A DNA stretch of 63,891 nt, filler included, from Lama guanicoe (lineage: Eukaryota), in the NCBI GenBank assembly GCA_013239625.1. It is 195 parts of 195 records of this genome, joined end to end, with 100 filler letters (N's around TTAATTAATTAA, not from the genome) between each part and the next. Parts side by side here need not be neighbours in the genome. Positions count along the whole stretch, not along the records: positions 37,064 to 37,291 come from PNXV01043167.1; positions 37,392 to 37,619 come from PNXV01043168.1; positions 37,720 to 37,947 come from PNXV01043169.1; positions 38,048 to 38,275 come from PNXV01043170.1; positions 38,376 to 38,603 come from PNXV01043171.1; positions 38,704 to 38,931 come from PNXV01043172.1; positions 39,032 to 39,259 come from PNXV01043173.1; positions 39,360 to 39,587 come from PNXV01043174.1; 187 more parts are not named here. The stretch is one strand, 5' to 3'. Positions 37,064 to 49,755 of the stretch are shown one piece after another (position 1 is the first letter of the stretch; each line of letters starts with the position of its first letter). The notes under the pieces were generated by a model that was not told the DNA's origin, made no database searches, and was given only the letters and a program-made list of their open reading frames with translations. The translations under genes and the position numbers were made by a program.

Positions 37064-37291
37064 TTTGTGCTAGATGAACGAACGTGTCTCCACATGCTCA
37101 GTTTTGAGAGTTGCGTGTGTGAAAGCCGTCCTCCACCTAGCTTCTTAGGAACACAAAGTTTCTGTTCAGTTGCAGATTCCAATCCATACATATATTTGGG
37201 GAGGTACAAGCTTCTACTCGGATTTACATTGAAAACTGCAGGAACTTCAAACAGGAACTAGGAAACAGATCAGAAACCAGAGTAATTGTTT
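37064..37291 (+). repeat. ~245-250 bp satellite family copy
   Basis: tttgtgctagatgaacgaacgtgtctccacatgctcag...gaaaactgcaggaacttcaaac...gaaaccagagtaa. Confidence 0.88.
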
Positions 37292-39127
37292 NNNNNNNNN
37301 NNNNNNNNNNNNNNNNNNNNNNNNNNNNNNNNNNNTTAATTAATTAANNNNNNNNNNNNNNNNNNNNNNNNNNNNNNNNNNNNNNNNNNNNGGAGGCTCT
37401 GAGTGCTGCTGGCTCCTGTTTCGTGTTTGGGGCGGTGGTGATCACTGCGTGGTAACCAAGTATCATCCTGCGATACTGACTCTTCACTATGCTAAGATAA
37501 CATTGTGTACTAAATTTGTGTGAAACTATCTTTTATTTTAAAAAGTGCACACAAGAATAGGTGCCTGTTGGGGGGATGGAAATTAGACTAAAATGAGAAT
37601 AAATAAAGCAGAAGAGGATNNNNNNNNNNNNNNNNNNNNNNNNNNNNNNNNNNNNNNNNNNNNTTAATTAATTAANNNNNNNNNNNNNNNNNNNNNNNNN
37701 NNNNNNNNNNNNNNNNNNNTAAGACCTACTCCCTTAGTAACTTTCAGACGTTCAATTAGTACTGTTAACTATAGTTACCACGCTGTCCACGTAACATAGT
37801 GACATAGTGTCGCTTTTATACTGACACTACATGCCCACAAACATCTAGACCAGTGCAACAGGACCCCAAAGGCGATGTTCTTTCCACTACTTTCCTCTGT
37901 GATAGAATTTCAATAAGGGCTTAGAGTATCTCTGAAGATAAAATTCGNNNNNNNNNNNNNNNNNNNNNNNNNNNNNNNNNNNNNNNNNNNNTTAATTAAT
38001 TAANNNNNNNNNNNNNNNNNNNNNNNNNNNNNNNNNNNNNNNNNNNNATCATTTCAGACTGATGTATATATCAGATCATTACATTGTACACCTTAAATAG
38101 CTACAATTTTTATTTGTCAATCATACCTCAACAAAGCCAGGGGAACCCCACCTTCTAAGTGAGGGAGGCGTTGTTCCTCCTGGCAACAGGATGGGAAGAA
38201 TTCATCATTTCTTCTCCCCAGGAAGTGAGGAAGCCACACTGTTCTCAGTCTAGAAGTCCGGATTGCAAACCGCTANNNNNNNNNNNNNNNNNNNNNNNNN
38301 NNNNNNNNNNNNNNNNNNNTTAATTAATTAANNNNNNNNNNNNNNNNNNNNNNNNNNNNNNNNNNNNNNNNNNNNAAAAAAATCCTGTGTTAAGTGGCAA
38401 GCGCTAACCTTAGACCAGGATCACAGAGTGAACTACCTTACATGTGGGCGGGGGGGGACTTGAGCCTGAAAGACTGTCTTTCAGGCTCTAAATTTTGGTT
38501 ATTGCGAGAAAGAGAAAAATAAAAGAGGCAGGGAGATTATTAAATTCTTCTTTGTAAGTTTACATAAATTACTAGTTAAGACCAATGGAGTTGACTTTTT
38601 GTANNNNNNNNNNNNNNNNNNNNNNNNNNNNNNNNNNNNNNNNNNNNTTAATTAATTAANNNNNNNNNNNNNNNNNNNNNNNNNNNNNNNNNNNNNNNNN
38701 NNNAATCTCCCCAGCAGGCCACAGGTAAGAGTTAATGGGTTGATTGGCTAAGGTGTTGCTGGTTATAACCTAGAGTGAGCTGATTAGCTACCACTAATGG
38801 TGGTGCTACTTTATTCCCCATGTAAATAGGTAAACTTGCTTGACATTTAACTGTTCACTGATTCAGAACAATAGTTTGTCCGTCTAGGGAGGGGGAACCC
38901 CTCCGAATCAGTTGTTCTAGATGCCCAAAATNNNNNNNNNNNNNNNNNNNNNNNNNNNNNNNNNNNNNNNNNNNNTTAATTAATTAANNNNNNNNNNNNN
39001 NNNNNNNNNNNNNNNNNNNNNNNNNNNNNNNCTTGCCCAGGGAAGTCTGGGCACGTCTGGAAGTTTGGAAACCAGAGTGTAATGACGGTGTCGCTGTGTC
39101 CCAGAAAAGGGACACTTCATTCTGTAC

Positions 39128-39212
39128 CTCATTGAGATGACCAATGCTATCAGCAAGCCGAGGATGAGGATGCCAGCAATGATGCCCACGATGGTGATGA
39201 TCAGGTAAATAT
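39128..39212 (-). CDS. MUC13: Transmembrane-domain exon (85 nt), MUC13-like
   Basis: Acceptor ttttccctttcag| and donor |gtacag. Encodes IYLIITIVGIIAGILILGLLIALVISM, versus recalled human MUC13 FQLILTIVGTIAGIVILSMIIALIVTA. Confidence 0.7.
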
Positions 39213-41655
39213 CTGAAAGGGAAAAGAGCCGAGTAGGAGAGGCTCCCCTGAGCACACCTNNNNNNNNNNNNNNNNNNNNNNNNNNNNNNNNNNNNNNNNN
39301 NNNTTAATTAATTAANNNNNNNNNNNNNNNNNNNNNNNNNNNNNNNNNNNNNNNNNNNNGCTTCAAAGAGTTCCACTTTCTCTAAATGAGTGCCAGCAAG
39401 AAACCAGAAAGAACCAGACAGCTGTAACTGCCTGGTAGAGAGGACTTGACCTGACATGACCCAGGGCTCATTATAATGTAATTATTATCTCAGTTTAGGC
39501 CCCCTGTGGGTTTTCAGTGTGCATCGTGCAGAAGGGCATTCACAATAAGAAAAAGGTTATAAAACCGACACATGCCACTCAAATGATNNNNNNNNNNNNN
39601 NNNNNNNNNNNNNNNNNNNNNNNNNNNNNNNTTAATTAATTAANNNNNNNNNNNNNNNNNNNNNNNNNNNNNNNNNNNNNNNNNNNNGGGTTCTACCTCT
39701 TTAGTTTAAAATTTGCAATCATTCCCAAAGTCATTCGCAACGTATGTGAAGTTTCCACACTCAGAAAAGTGCACATGTTCATTCATTTTTAGAGGTAGAC
39801 ATTCAGCCAGCCACTGGAAGTAATATAAAACTAACGCAAAATACAATCATTCACCACAGGAATTTGGATTTGTTAAATGATGTGTAAACATACTGACATA
39901 ATTCCTGCTGGGGCANNNNNNNNNNNNNNNNNNNNNNNNNNNNNNNNNNNNNNNNNNNNTTAATTAATTAANNNNNNNNNNNNNNNNNNNNNNNNNNNNN
40001 NNNNNNNNNNNNNNNTCATTTTTTTCCAATCTATTTTCTCTCTGTTCAGATTGGATAATTCCTTTGGTTACATCTTCAAGTTCTCTGATTCTTTCCTCTG
40101 TCCTATCCAACCCATTGTTGAGCCCATCTACTGGGTTTATTTTAGTTATTGTATTATTTTTTTTTTTTTAGTTCCAAAATTCCTACTTGATGGTTCTTCT
40201 TTATAGCTTCTATTTTCTTTTCTTTCTAATTTTTCCTTAGTTTNNNNNNNNNNNNNNNNNNNNNNNNNNNNNNNNNNNNNNNNNNNNTTAATTAATTAAN
40301 NNNNNNNNNNNNNNNNNNNNNNNNNNNNNNNNNNNNNNNNNNNCCAGGAGGGACAAGCCTGGCAAAAGGACCACGACTCCGACAGAGTGTGCAGTCCAGG
40401 TGGGCAAGCAGCAAGAAAACTGAACAGGAAGTGGACCACCTGGGACCTGGGAGTCAGCGAGGCCAAGGGATGCTGAGCTGCTTGGTGTAAGAGGGGAAGA
40501 AGCTGTGTGTGGAGGACCCAGTGTCCCAGGCCGGCAGGGAGGAGCAGGCAGGTGTCAGAGCAAGAGGACACNNNNNNNNNNNNNNNNNNNNNNNNNNNNN
40601 NNNNNNNNNNNNNNNTTAATTAATTAANNNNNNNNNNNNNNNNNNNNNNNNNNNNNNNNNNNNNNNNNNNNTACGTGCCCACCTTAAATACAGCTGTGAC
40701 CAAATCATCCTGCTGCTGAGATGAAAAGTGCTGGTCCCAGGTAACCTGCCAGCTTAGAAAACTATGTTGGGAGAGAAAATCTGATTTGGCAAAGCCTAAG
40801 ATTCTTCTAATTATAGACTCTTAGAGCATGACTGTGGTGTTTTGTATTTGTTTCCTTTTCCTAAGTATTTTAGTGGTATTTTTGTGTTACGGTTGGACAN
40901 NNNNNNNNNNNNNNNNNNNNNNNNNNNNNNNNNNNNNNNNNNNTTAATTAATTAANNNNNNNNNNNNNNNNNNNNNNNNNNNNNNNNNNNNNNNNNNNNC
41001 ATTTCTTTATGTTACTTCACATAAAGTAAACTTTTATTGACTGTTTACTTGTTCCTCTGAATAGGAATCATTTAGCTCTATTTTCAGTGCTTAGTACATT
41101 AGCTGTTACATGGTAGACATTCAGCCCAGGTTTGTCAAAAGACTGCTTAGATGAAAAATGTTATTATTGAGATAATTCAGAAGAATTTTATTCAGAAAAA
41201 AAGAATTTCACTGTAAATTTAACAGAGNNNNNNNNNNNNNNNNNNNNNNNNNNNNNNNNNNNNNNNNNNNNTTAATTAATTAANNNNNNNNNNNNNNNNN
41301 NNNNNNNNNNNNNNNNNNNNNNNNNNNTGTTTGGCTCTCAGCTTCATTCTAGGTTTTCCCTTGTCAAATCATTCTATAAATCGTCAAATTCGGAACTTAG
41401 CAAATCATCTCAACTCAGTTAACAGCGGCGGTCGATGCTGGCTCGTGTTGAAGGGCAGGTAGACCAGTGATGCTACCGAATCTGTGCTTCAGAAGCGCTC
41501 AGGGATGTAAGGGAGGCCCTGTCATGTAAAGGGGGAGCCACAGAATAAAACACAGNNNNNNNNNNNNNNNNNNNNNNNNNNNNNNNNNNNNNNNNNNNNT
41601 TAATTAATTAANNNNNNNNNNNNNNNNNNNNNNNNNNNNNNNNNNNNNNNNNNNN

Positions 41656-41883
41656 GAAAGAATCTCTAAGCGTAAGGACATTTTCATAGAAACCTCCAAA
41701 CCTGGAAAGCAAGAGGGAAAAAAGACAGAAACACAGAACAGAATATCTAAGAACTGTGCGACGGCTACAAAAACACATTTGTAATGAGAACACCGGAAGG
41801 AGAAGAGAGAGGGAACGGAACAGAAGTACTTGCGGAAGTAAGGACAGAATTTTCCCCAATTAATATCAGACACAAAACCACAG
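41656..41883 (+). mobile_element. Old L1 (L1MC-like) ORF1 fragment
   Basis: acagaacagaatatctaagaactgtg...ccggaaggagaagagagag...gaattttccccaattaatatcagacacaaaaccacag. Confidence 0.7.
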
Positions 41884-42639
41884 NNNNNNNNNNNNNNNNN
41901 NNNNNNNNNNNNNNNNNNNNNNNNNNNTTAATTAATTAANNNNNNNNNNNNNNNNNNNNNNNNNNNNNNNNNNNNNNNNNNNNTGCAGAAATGTAAGCTT
42001 GATGTGTTTCTTGATTGCTCCTCTGAACCGTTTTGATGCGTTTTTATTTATGCGAGGCTCTAGACATGGCTCTCTCAGAGGAAGGCACTGAGAACTCTGG
42101 AGACATACTTCCTTCCCGCCTTTGCTCTGGGGAGACAGTGCAGCACAATTCCGTACACTTGCCAAGCTGTTTCAACTTACAGGTTTCTGTAATACACTTG
42201 TGTCAACCTTGNNNNNNNNNNNNNNNNNNNNNNNNNNNNNNNNNNNNNNNNNNNNTTAATTAATTAANNNNNNNNNNNNNNNNNNNNNNNNNNNNNNNNN
42301 NNNNNNNNNNNCAAAATTATATCAAAATATTGAGATAATACTCCTTGAAGTTAGAAGTTATGTGTCTGTAATTTCCCCAAAAGCTCTTTTTGCTTAGACA
42401 CTGCCTGTGTAGTTCAATGCAATGTATGCAAACAGTGGGAGCCAAGATTTTACTGCTGTGTGATTGCTGAGCGTCATGCCTGGAGCACACAGAGAGAGTC
42501 CAAGTGCCCCTTGAACAGCTGGTTGCATGGCCAGTGCTCNNNNNNNNNNNNNNNNNNNNNNNNNNNNNNNNNNNNNNNNNNNNTTAATTAATTAANNNNN
42601 NNNNNNNNNNNNNNNNNNNNNNNNNNNNNNNNNNNNNNN

Positions 42640-42867
42640 TGACACCAAAGACACAGACAACAAAAGAAAACATATGCAAATTGGACTTCATGGAAACTAA
42701 AAACTTCTGTGCATCAAAGAACATTATCAACAGAGTGAAAAGGCAACCTAGCAAATGGGAGAAAATATTTGCAAATCATATATCTGATAAGAGATTCATA
42801 TCCAGAATATATAAAGAGCTCTTAAAAATCAACAACAAAACAACCCAATTCAAAAACGGGTGAAGAA
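42640..42867 (+). mobile_element. L1 ORF2 fragment
   Basis: KNFCASKNIINRVKRQPSKWEKIFANHISDKRFISRIYKELL. Confidence 0.95.
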
Positions 42868-43951
42868 NNNNNNNNNNNNNNNNNNNNNNNNNNNNNNNNN
42901 NNNNNNNNNNNTTAATTAATTAANNNNNNNNNNNNNNNNNNNNNNNNNNNNNNNNNNNNNNNNNNNNCATCAGTGCAAAGGTAAGGAGGAAAGGAGGTCA
43001 TGGTGTTGGCGGAAGGTGGGTGTTTAGCTTACTCTAATCTGAAGCTGGAATAAAAAAATGTGTGTTCTGTTGATGTGCTCTGCCCACTTCTACATATAAT
43101 CCATGCGAACTGCTCCACATTATGCTCATCCAACTTTTCCTTCCAGTAGACCCAATGGTGGAAGGAGTAAGGAAGGGATGGGCATCAGATTCCATNNNNN
43201 NNNNNNNNNNNNNNNNNNNNNNNNNNNNNNNNNNNNNNNTTAATTAATTAANNNNNNNNNNNNNNNNNNNNNNNNNNNNNNNNNNNNNNNNNNNNGGTGT
43301 AGGCCAACTCCAGCATCCACATCGGTAGGTGCAGTGGGCTGCGGGACCGAGGCTGAGCAGGGGGACCCCAGCCATGCAGTGTCCAGACTTGGCTGTTCCC
43401 TGAGCTGAGGGCTTGGTGGGTGCTGCTACCAAGAAATGCCAGGCTGTGCCACCCTGTGGGGGAGATGTGCATGGGCAGCCCCTTGCTCCCGAGGGCTCCT
43501 GCTGCTTCCTGAGTTTCCAGTACNNNNNNNNNNNNNNNNNNNNNNNNNNNNNNNNNNNNNNNNNNNNTTAATTAATTAANNNNNNNNNNNNNNNNNNNNN
43601 NNNNNNNNNNNNNNNNNNNNNNNGATTTTCTAAGAATTCTGAATTATGTTTTATATCAAAATCTGATTTTTTGAATGGTACTTTAAAATTTTTCTTATTT
43701 GCAATATGCTTTTCATTAGAATTGAGGCCCTGTATTGAGGTCTCCTGAAAGGCAGTGTAGAAGCTCATGAAAATTTTGGAGTAGGTGCTCATGCTGCACA
43801 TCTGTGGAAATTGTATTTAAATTTAGCATTAAAGATCATTTTACCTTTGTCNNNNNNNNNNNNNNNNNNNNNNNNNNNNNNNNNNNNNNNNNNNNTTAAT
43901 TAATTAANNNNNNNNNNNNNNNNNNNNNNNNNNNNNNNNNNNNNNNNNNNN

Positions 43952-44179
43952 TCACACTAGAAGTCCTTGCTAAGAAAGTAGGCAATAAAAGGAAGTGAAA
44001 CGCATTCAAATCAGAAGCAAGAACTAAAATTATATCTGTTCAGAGATGACATGGTATTATACACAAAAAATCATGAAGATTCTACACCTAAAAACCCATT
44101 AGAACTAATAAATAAATTAATTTAGTAAATTTTCAGGACATAAAGTCAACTTGCAAAAATCAGTTGCATTTCTATGCAC
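43952..44179 (+). mobile_element. L1 ORF2 RT fragment (second copy at 44608-44835)
   Basis: ctagaagtccttgc...ttcagagatgacatgg (FxDDM)...aaaaatcagttgcatttcta. Confidence 0.88.
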
Positions 44180-45263
44180 NNNNNNNNNNNNNNNNNNNNN
44201 NNNNNNNNNNNNNNNNNNNNNNNTTAATTAATTAANNNNNNNNNNNNNNNNNNNNNNNNNNNNNNNNNNNNNNNNNNNNAGCAGAGGGCGCCCCCATTGC
44301 AGGCTGAGGGGGAAACTGGTTGGAAATACACAGTGTTTCCTGGGCAGCCCGTACCTCCGGCTTCCGCCCTCTCTATATCCGCCACCGCCACGTCCCTGTC
44401 CCACACCCAGACCAACCCGCAACCGCCTCCTGGGAGCCGAAAAACACAGAGATGTGCACCTCGTGTACATAGGGTAGCAGAGACCAACCCTAGGACCGGC
44501 CAAGAAGNNNNNNNNNNNNNNNNNNNNNNNNNNNNNNNNNNNNNNNNNNNNTTAATTAATTAANNNNNNNNNNNNNNNNNNNNNNNNNNNNNNNNNNNNN
44601 NNNNNNNTCACACTAGAAGTCCTTGCTAAGAAAGTAGGCAATAAAAGGAAGTGAAAGGCATTCAAATCAGAAGCAAGAACTAAAATTATATCTCTTCAGA
44701 GATGACATGGTATTATACACAAAAAATCGTGAAGATTCTACACCTAAAAACCCATTGGAACTAATAAATAAATTAATTTAGTAAACTTTCAGGACATAAA
44801 GTCAACTTGCAAAAATCAGTTGCATTTCTATGCACNNNNNNNNNNNNNNNNNNNNNNNNNNNNNNNNNNNNNNNNNNNNTTAATTAATTAANNNNNNNNN
44901 NNNNNNNNNNNNNNNNNNNNNNNNNNNNNNNNNNNATGCTCTGTCTCTAATTACAAACACATATTCTTTTCCATTTTCCCTCACGGAGAGAATTTCGTTT
45001 TAATATTTTCTAGTAAATTTCACATACTTTGACCAAAACCAGCTTTACTGTTTTTATTGACCAAGAGGAACAGCTAAAGAAGGCTGACAGACAAGACAGT
45101 AATTTGAAAAATCTATTTTATACACTTAAATATATGGAAATAATGACCTATTTAAGCAGAACCNNNNNNNNNNNNNNNNNNNNNNNNNNNNNNNNNNNNN
45201 NNNNNNNTTAATTAATTAANNNNNNNNNNNNNNNNNNNNNNNNNNNNNNNNNNNNNNNNNNNN

Positions 45264-45480
45264 AGGGGCCATGAGCCAAGGAATGCAGGTGCACCTAGAC
45301 ACTAGAAAAGTCAGAGAACTGAGTCTCTCCTAGAGCCTTCAGGAAAACACAGTCCTGCCTGCTAATATCTTGATTTTAGGCTGTAAGACCCATTTTGGAT
45401 TTCTGACTGCCAGAAGTGTAAGATAACGAATTATAATAAATTTGTGTTGTTCTAAGGTACTAAGTTTGTGCTCATATTTT
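45264..45480 (+). mobile_element. MaLR LTR (MLT1C/D-like)
   Basis: ccatgagccaaggaatgcagg...tctcctagagcct...ttgattttag...ataaatttgtgttgtt. Confidence 0.85.
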
Positions 45481-46903
45481 ATATCAAAAACNNNNNNNNN
45501 NNNNNNNNNNNNNNNNNNNNNNNNNNNNNNNNNNNTTAATTAATTAANNNNNNNNNNNNNNNNNNNNNNNNNNNNNNNNNNNNNNNNNNNNCCTTGAATA
45601 AATTTGGAAAGTAAAAACACTAGTATGAATAATTATTTTAGTACATATTATTTAATAGTAATTATTATGGATATTTCTATTCACTAAAATAATTTGAGTG
45701 AAGTATTTGATTGCTTTAGAAATAGACTACAACCTGTTTGTGTAGGTTTTAAAGCTAGTGAAATTTACTATCCCTTTACCATTGTAGTCGGTTCTTTATC
45801 AAAGTTCATGTGCAGTTTTNNNNNNNNNNNNNNNNNNNNNNNNNNNNNNNNNNNNNNNNNNNNTTAATTAATTAANNNNNNNNNNNNNNNNNNNNNNNNN
45901 NNNNNNNNNNNNNNNNNNNCCAGTGTTGTTGGCACCTGAGAAAAGGCGATGAATAAACAAATGCTTCCGTGAACAGATTTTGCCCCAGTCAACCAAGAGC
46001 AGGTCATATCAGCAACCTTGCTCTGTGTCACCCTCTGAGAGGTGACATGGAACTCATAGGCCAGCAGGTAAGGGACTTAAAATTTGGGGAAGGGGAGATT
46101 TGCTGTGCAAAATAAAGTCTGATCTCCTGGGCTCCACTGTGAGCAGGNNNNNNNNNNNNNNNNNNNNNNNNNNNNNNNNNNNNNNNNNNNNTTAATTAAT
46201 TAANNNNNNNNNNNNNNNNNNNNNNNNNNNNNNNNNNNNNNNNNNNNTTAGGGCCTGCCCTCCTGTCTTCATCTTAATTTGATTGCATCTGCAAATGAGG
46301 TCAAATTCACAGGTGCCAGCAGTTTAGAGCTTCAATATATATTTTTTAACCCTTAACACTATTTTTTTAAATTTTTTAAGGTGAGCTTTGTAACGCATTA
46401 TGTAGTCTATTTCGGTGAATGTTCTGTATGAGTCTAAGGAGCATGTATATTTTGCTCTCGTTCAAGGGAGAATTGNNNNNNNNNNNNNNNNNNNNNNNNN
46501 NNNNNNNNNNNNNNNNNNNTTAATTAATTAANNNNNNNNNNNNNNNNNNNNNNNNNNNNNNNNNNNNNNNNNNNNAAAAAAAAAAACTCACCTGCTCTAA
46601 CAACAGGAAACAAACGCCACTACAAACAGACAAAGGAGTGAATGGATGGACTACTTGTCAACCCTCTTTCTCCAAGAGACGGCGAGTTGTCTTAGTTCTC
46701 ACAAGAAGAACTGTCGCTCCCACATTTACCTGTTTGGCAGGCATGTGGCTCTCCCGTCTCTGGTGTCTGCAGGGCACTGGCTACGCTGTGCTCACTCCTC
46801 TGCNNNNNNNNNNNNNNNNNNNNNNNNNNNNNNNNNNNNNNNNNNNNTTAATTAATTAANNNNNNNNNNNNNNNNNNNNNNNNNNNNNNNNNNNNNNNNN
46901 NNN

Positions 46904-47131
46904 TTAGATTCCACGTATAAGTGATAGCATACAATATTTGCCTTCCTCTGTCCGATTTATTTCACTCAGCATAGTGCCCTCTAAGTCCAGCCATGTTGCT
47001 GCAAATGGCAGGATCTCATTCTTTTTTGTGGCTGAGTAGTATTCCATTTTGTATATAAACCGAATCTTCTTTTATCAGTCATCTGTTGAAGGACATTTAT
47101 GTTGCTTCCATATCTTGACTATTGTAAATAG
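46904..47131 (-). mobile_element. L1 ORF2 end / 3' UTR
   Basis: tagattccacgtataagtga...catgttgctgcaaatggcagg...ggctgagtagtattccatt. Confidence 0.92.
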
Positions 47132-47594
47132 NNNNNNNNNNNNNNNNNNNNNNNNNNNNNNNNNNNNNNNNNNNNTTAATTAATTAANNNNNNNNNNNNN
47201 NNNNNNNNNNNNNNNNNNNNNNNNNNNNNNNGCCCGTCTCACACTTGAAATCTGTATCTAACACCTCGGCTGTGGGGACACCCTTTAGTCTTTGCCCTTC
47301 AGTTTCCTCCATCGTCATGTCTTCTGTACACAGACTTCTCAGAATACTCACTAATGGAAAGCTCTTATGAAATGCAATAAAACTAGTAAAATTATCCACT
47401 TTTTACATCCAGTGTTCACCCCAGAAGCCTGGTGGGACATCGGACGGTTCCCTGTCAGGNNNNNNNNNNNNNNNNNNNNNNNNNNNNNNNNNNNNNNNNN
47501 NNNTTAATTAATTAANNNNNNNNNNNNNNNNNNNNNNNNNNNNNNNNNNNNNNNNNNNNATGCTAAGCATACAACAAACTTATTTCCTCTCTCC

Positions 47595-47710
47595 TGAGCA
47601 CAGAGCCATAGTATGCTTCCCAGCCTCCCTGGTGATTAGACATGGCCTGAGTTCTGGTCAGTGTGATGTGAGCAGAAGTGACATATGTCACTGCCAATAC
47701 TGGCCCTTCA
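47595..47710 (+). mobile_element. Old MaLR LTR (MLT1H/I/J-like)
   Basis: ttcccagcctccct...gagttctggtcagtg.gatgtgagcagaagtga motif. Confidence 0.6.
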
Positions 47711-48543
47711 AAGTCTTTCATTCACAATCCTCCAAGTCTTGTCCCCTTCCAACCATCTGGAATGGAGCGCACATGGGAGCCACTTGTNNNNNNNNNNNNN
47801 NNNNNNNNNNNNNNNNNNNNNNNNNNNNNNNTTAATTAATTAANNNNNNNNNNNNNNNNNNNNNNNNNNNNNNNNNNNNNNNNNNNNTCCTCCTGGCCTT
47901 TGATACTTTGGGCATTTTAAAAGAAAGGATAGTGTATTTCACCAAAGCTTTAATTGTCCCAAGAACTCAGTGGGTTTTATTTTTTAAAAAGAGATTTCAT
48001 TTTTAAAAAGCTGAGAGTGGGTATTCAGAACTGCCTTCCACCTTCCCCATAGCAGTACTTACCTGATATTCATAAGGCCCGGTCTTTCTTTTGTTTTTAA
48101 GGGTATTGTTTAAATNNNNNNNNNNNNNNNNNNNNNNNNNNNNNNNNNNNNNNNNNNNNTTAATTAATTAANNNNNNNNNNNNNNNNNNNNNNNNNNNNN
48201 NNNNNNNNNNNNNNNCAAGCAATCTAAAAATTTCAAAGATGCTAGCTTTTATTCTGAAATGAGACTGGACAAGTCAAGTCACTTTTATTGCCGCCAAATT
48301 GATCTCTCAGAGAAATGCTAGAAATTATAAATTGTTAGGGTGTAATTTTTTTTATTTTCATCAGGTACTACCAGGTACTACACTGATAATCAAAAACTCA
48401 AGAGATGTGAGACTTTCTTAAAATTAATTTTTTTCCAAATTATNNNNNNNNNNNNNNNNNNNNNNNNNNNNNNNNNNNNNNNNNNNNTTAATTAATTAAN
48501 NNNNNNNNNNNNNNNNNNNNNNNNNNNNNNNNNNNNNNNNNNN

Positions 48544-48771
48544 AGAGCGGGCCGTGGGTGACTTCAGGGGGAGCCACGCGAGCGGAGGCGGCTGGCGGAG
48601 CAGCGGCCGTGGCCGCCCGGCGGCAGCAGCAGCAGCTCCTGCAGCCCTGGCACCGCCCCCACTTTGGCCGCTGCCGCCGCCGCCGCCACCGCCGCAATGG
48701 CAACTGAAGGGGAGCACCGACCTCTGCCCAGTACCGAAGCGATGCTGGGACAGTCATGGGGCTCTGTCGCG
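48544..48771 (+). pseudogene. ATXN7: Frameshifted copy of the ATXN7 N-terminal polyQ coding region
   Basis: ERAVGDFRG (48545), AAGGAAAVAARRQQQQ ((CAG)4 at 48624) and AAAMATEGEHRPLPSTEAMLGQSW (ATG at 48697) lie in three different frames. They match recalled ATXN7 SERAADDVRG..AAGGAAAAAARQQQQ..AAAMATVGERRPLPSPEVMLGQSW. Confidence 0.82.
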
Positions 48772-48871
48772 NNNNNNNNNNNNNNNNNNNNNNNNNNNNN
48801 NNNNNNNNNNNNNNNTTAATTAATTAANNNNNNNNNNNNNNNNNNNNNNNNNNNNNNNNNNNNNNNNNNNN

Positions 48872-49099
48872 TGGCAGAAAATATTATTTTATAGACCATG
48901 TGTTTGAAGGCTTGTTTTACTTGCTGGTTTCTCAGGGTGTAAATGAAGGGGTTGAGCATGGGGGCAACAGACGTGTTGAGAACAGCTACTCCTTTAGTGA
49001 CAGATGCCTTTTCTTTGGCCGAGGGATTAGCATACATGAATATACAGCTCCCATAAGAGATGGAAATGACAATCATGTGAGAGGAACACGTGGAGAAAG
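48872..49099 (-). CDS. Olfactory receptor family 6C (OR6C3-like), TM6 to C-terminal region
   Basis: [64 protein letters not shown]; open frame. Confidence 0.92.
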
Positions 49100-49527
49100 N
49101 NNNNNNNNNNNNNNNNNNNNNNNNNNNNNNNNNNNNNNNNNNNTTAATTAATTAANNNNNNNNNNNNNNNNNNNNNNNNNNNNNNNNNNNNNNNNNNNNT
49201 AAATTATTTCTAATGTGGTGGAATGCTCTTCTCTAAGGGATGGTTTAGAAATGCTCCCCCCTGGAAATAAATTGATGAACTGTATGTCAGTAACCCCCTT
49301 TAGGCTATGAACCCTTTGTTGATTACACTGCAAGTATTTCCCTCCTGCAGGTATATCCCTTTCTGGATTTTGCTCTTCTGGCTATTTCATAAAAAACAGA
49401 TGGCAGATTATCCTAATGGAGTTCCTANNNNNNNNNNNNNNNNNNNNNNNNNNNNNNNNNNNNNNNNNNNNTTAATTAATTAANNNNNNNNNNNNNNNNN
49501 NNNNNNNNNNNNNNNNNNNNNNNNNNN

Positions 49528-49755
49528 CATATATATGGGGAGGTACAAGCTCCAAAACCGTTTTACAGTGAAAATTGCCGGAACTTCAAACCGGCACTAG
49601 AAAACAGAATGAGAAACCAGAGTTGTGTTCCTCCTGCAACCCGTTCCTTTGTGCTAATGAACGAACATCCATCCACATGCTCATTTCTGAGAGATAAGTG
49701 TGTGTGCAAGCCTACTTTCACCAAGCATGTTTGGAAAAAAAAGTTTCTTTTCATT
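49528..49755 (+). repeat. ~245-250 bp satellite copy spanning the monomer junction
   Basis: Runs ...ctcctgcaacccgttcctttgtgctaatgaacgaac..tccacatgctca..., a circular permutation of the 16073 copy. Confidence 0.88.

Noticed and set aside
48554..48823. Ala/Pro-rich 89-aa ORF as a novel protein
   Set aside because: It is mostly an off-frame reading of the frameshifted ATXN7 copy.
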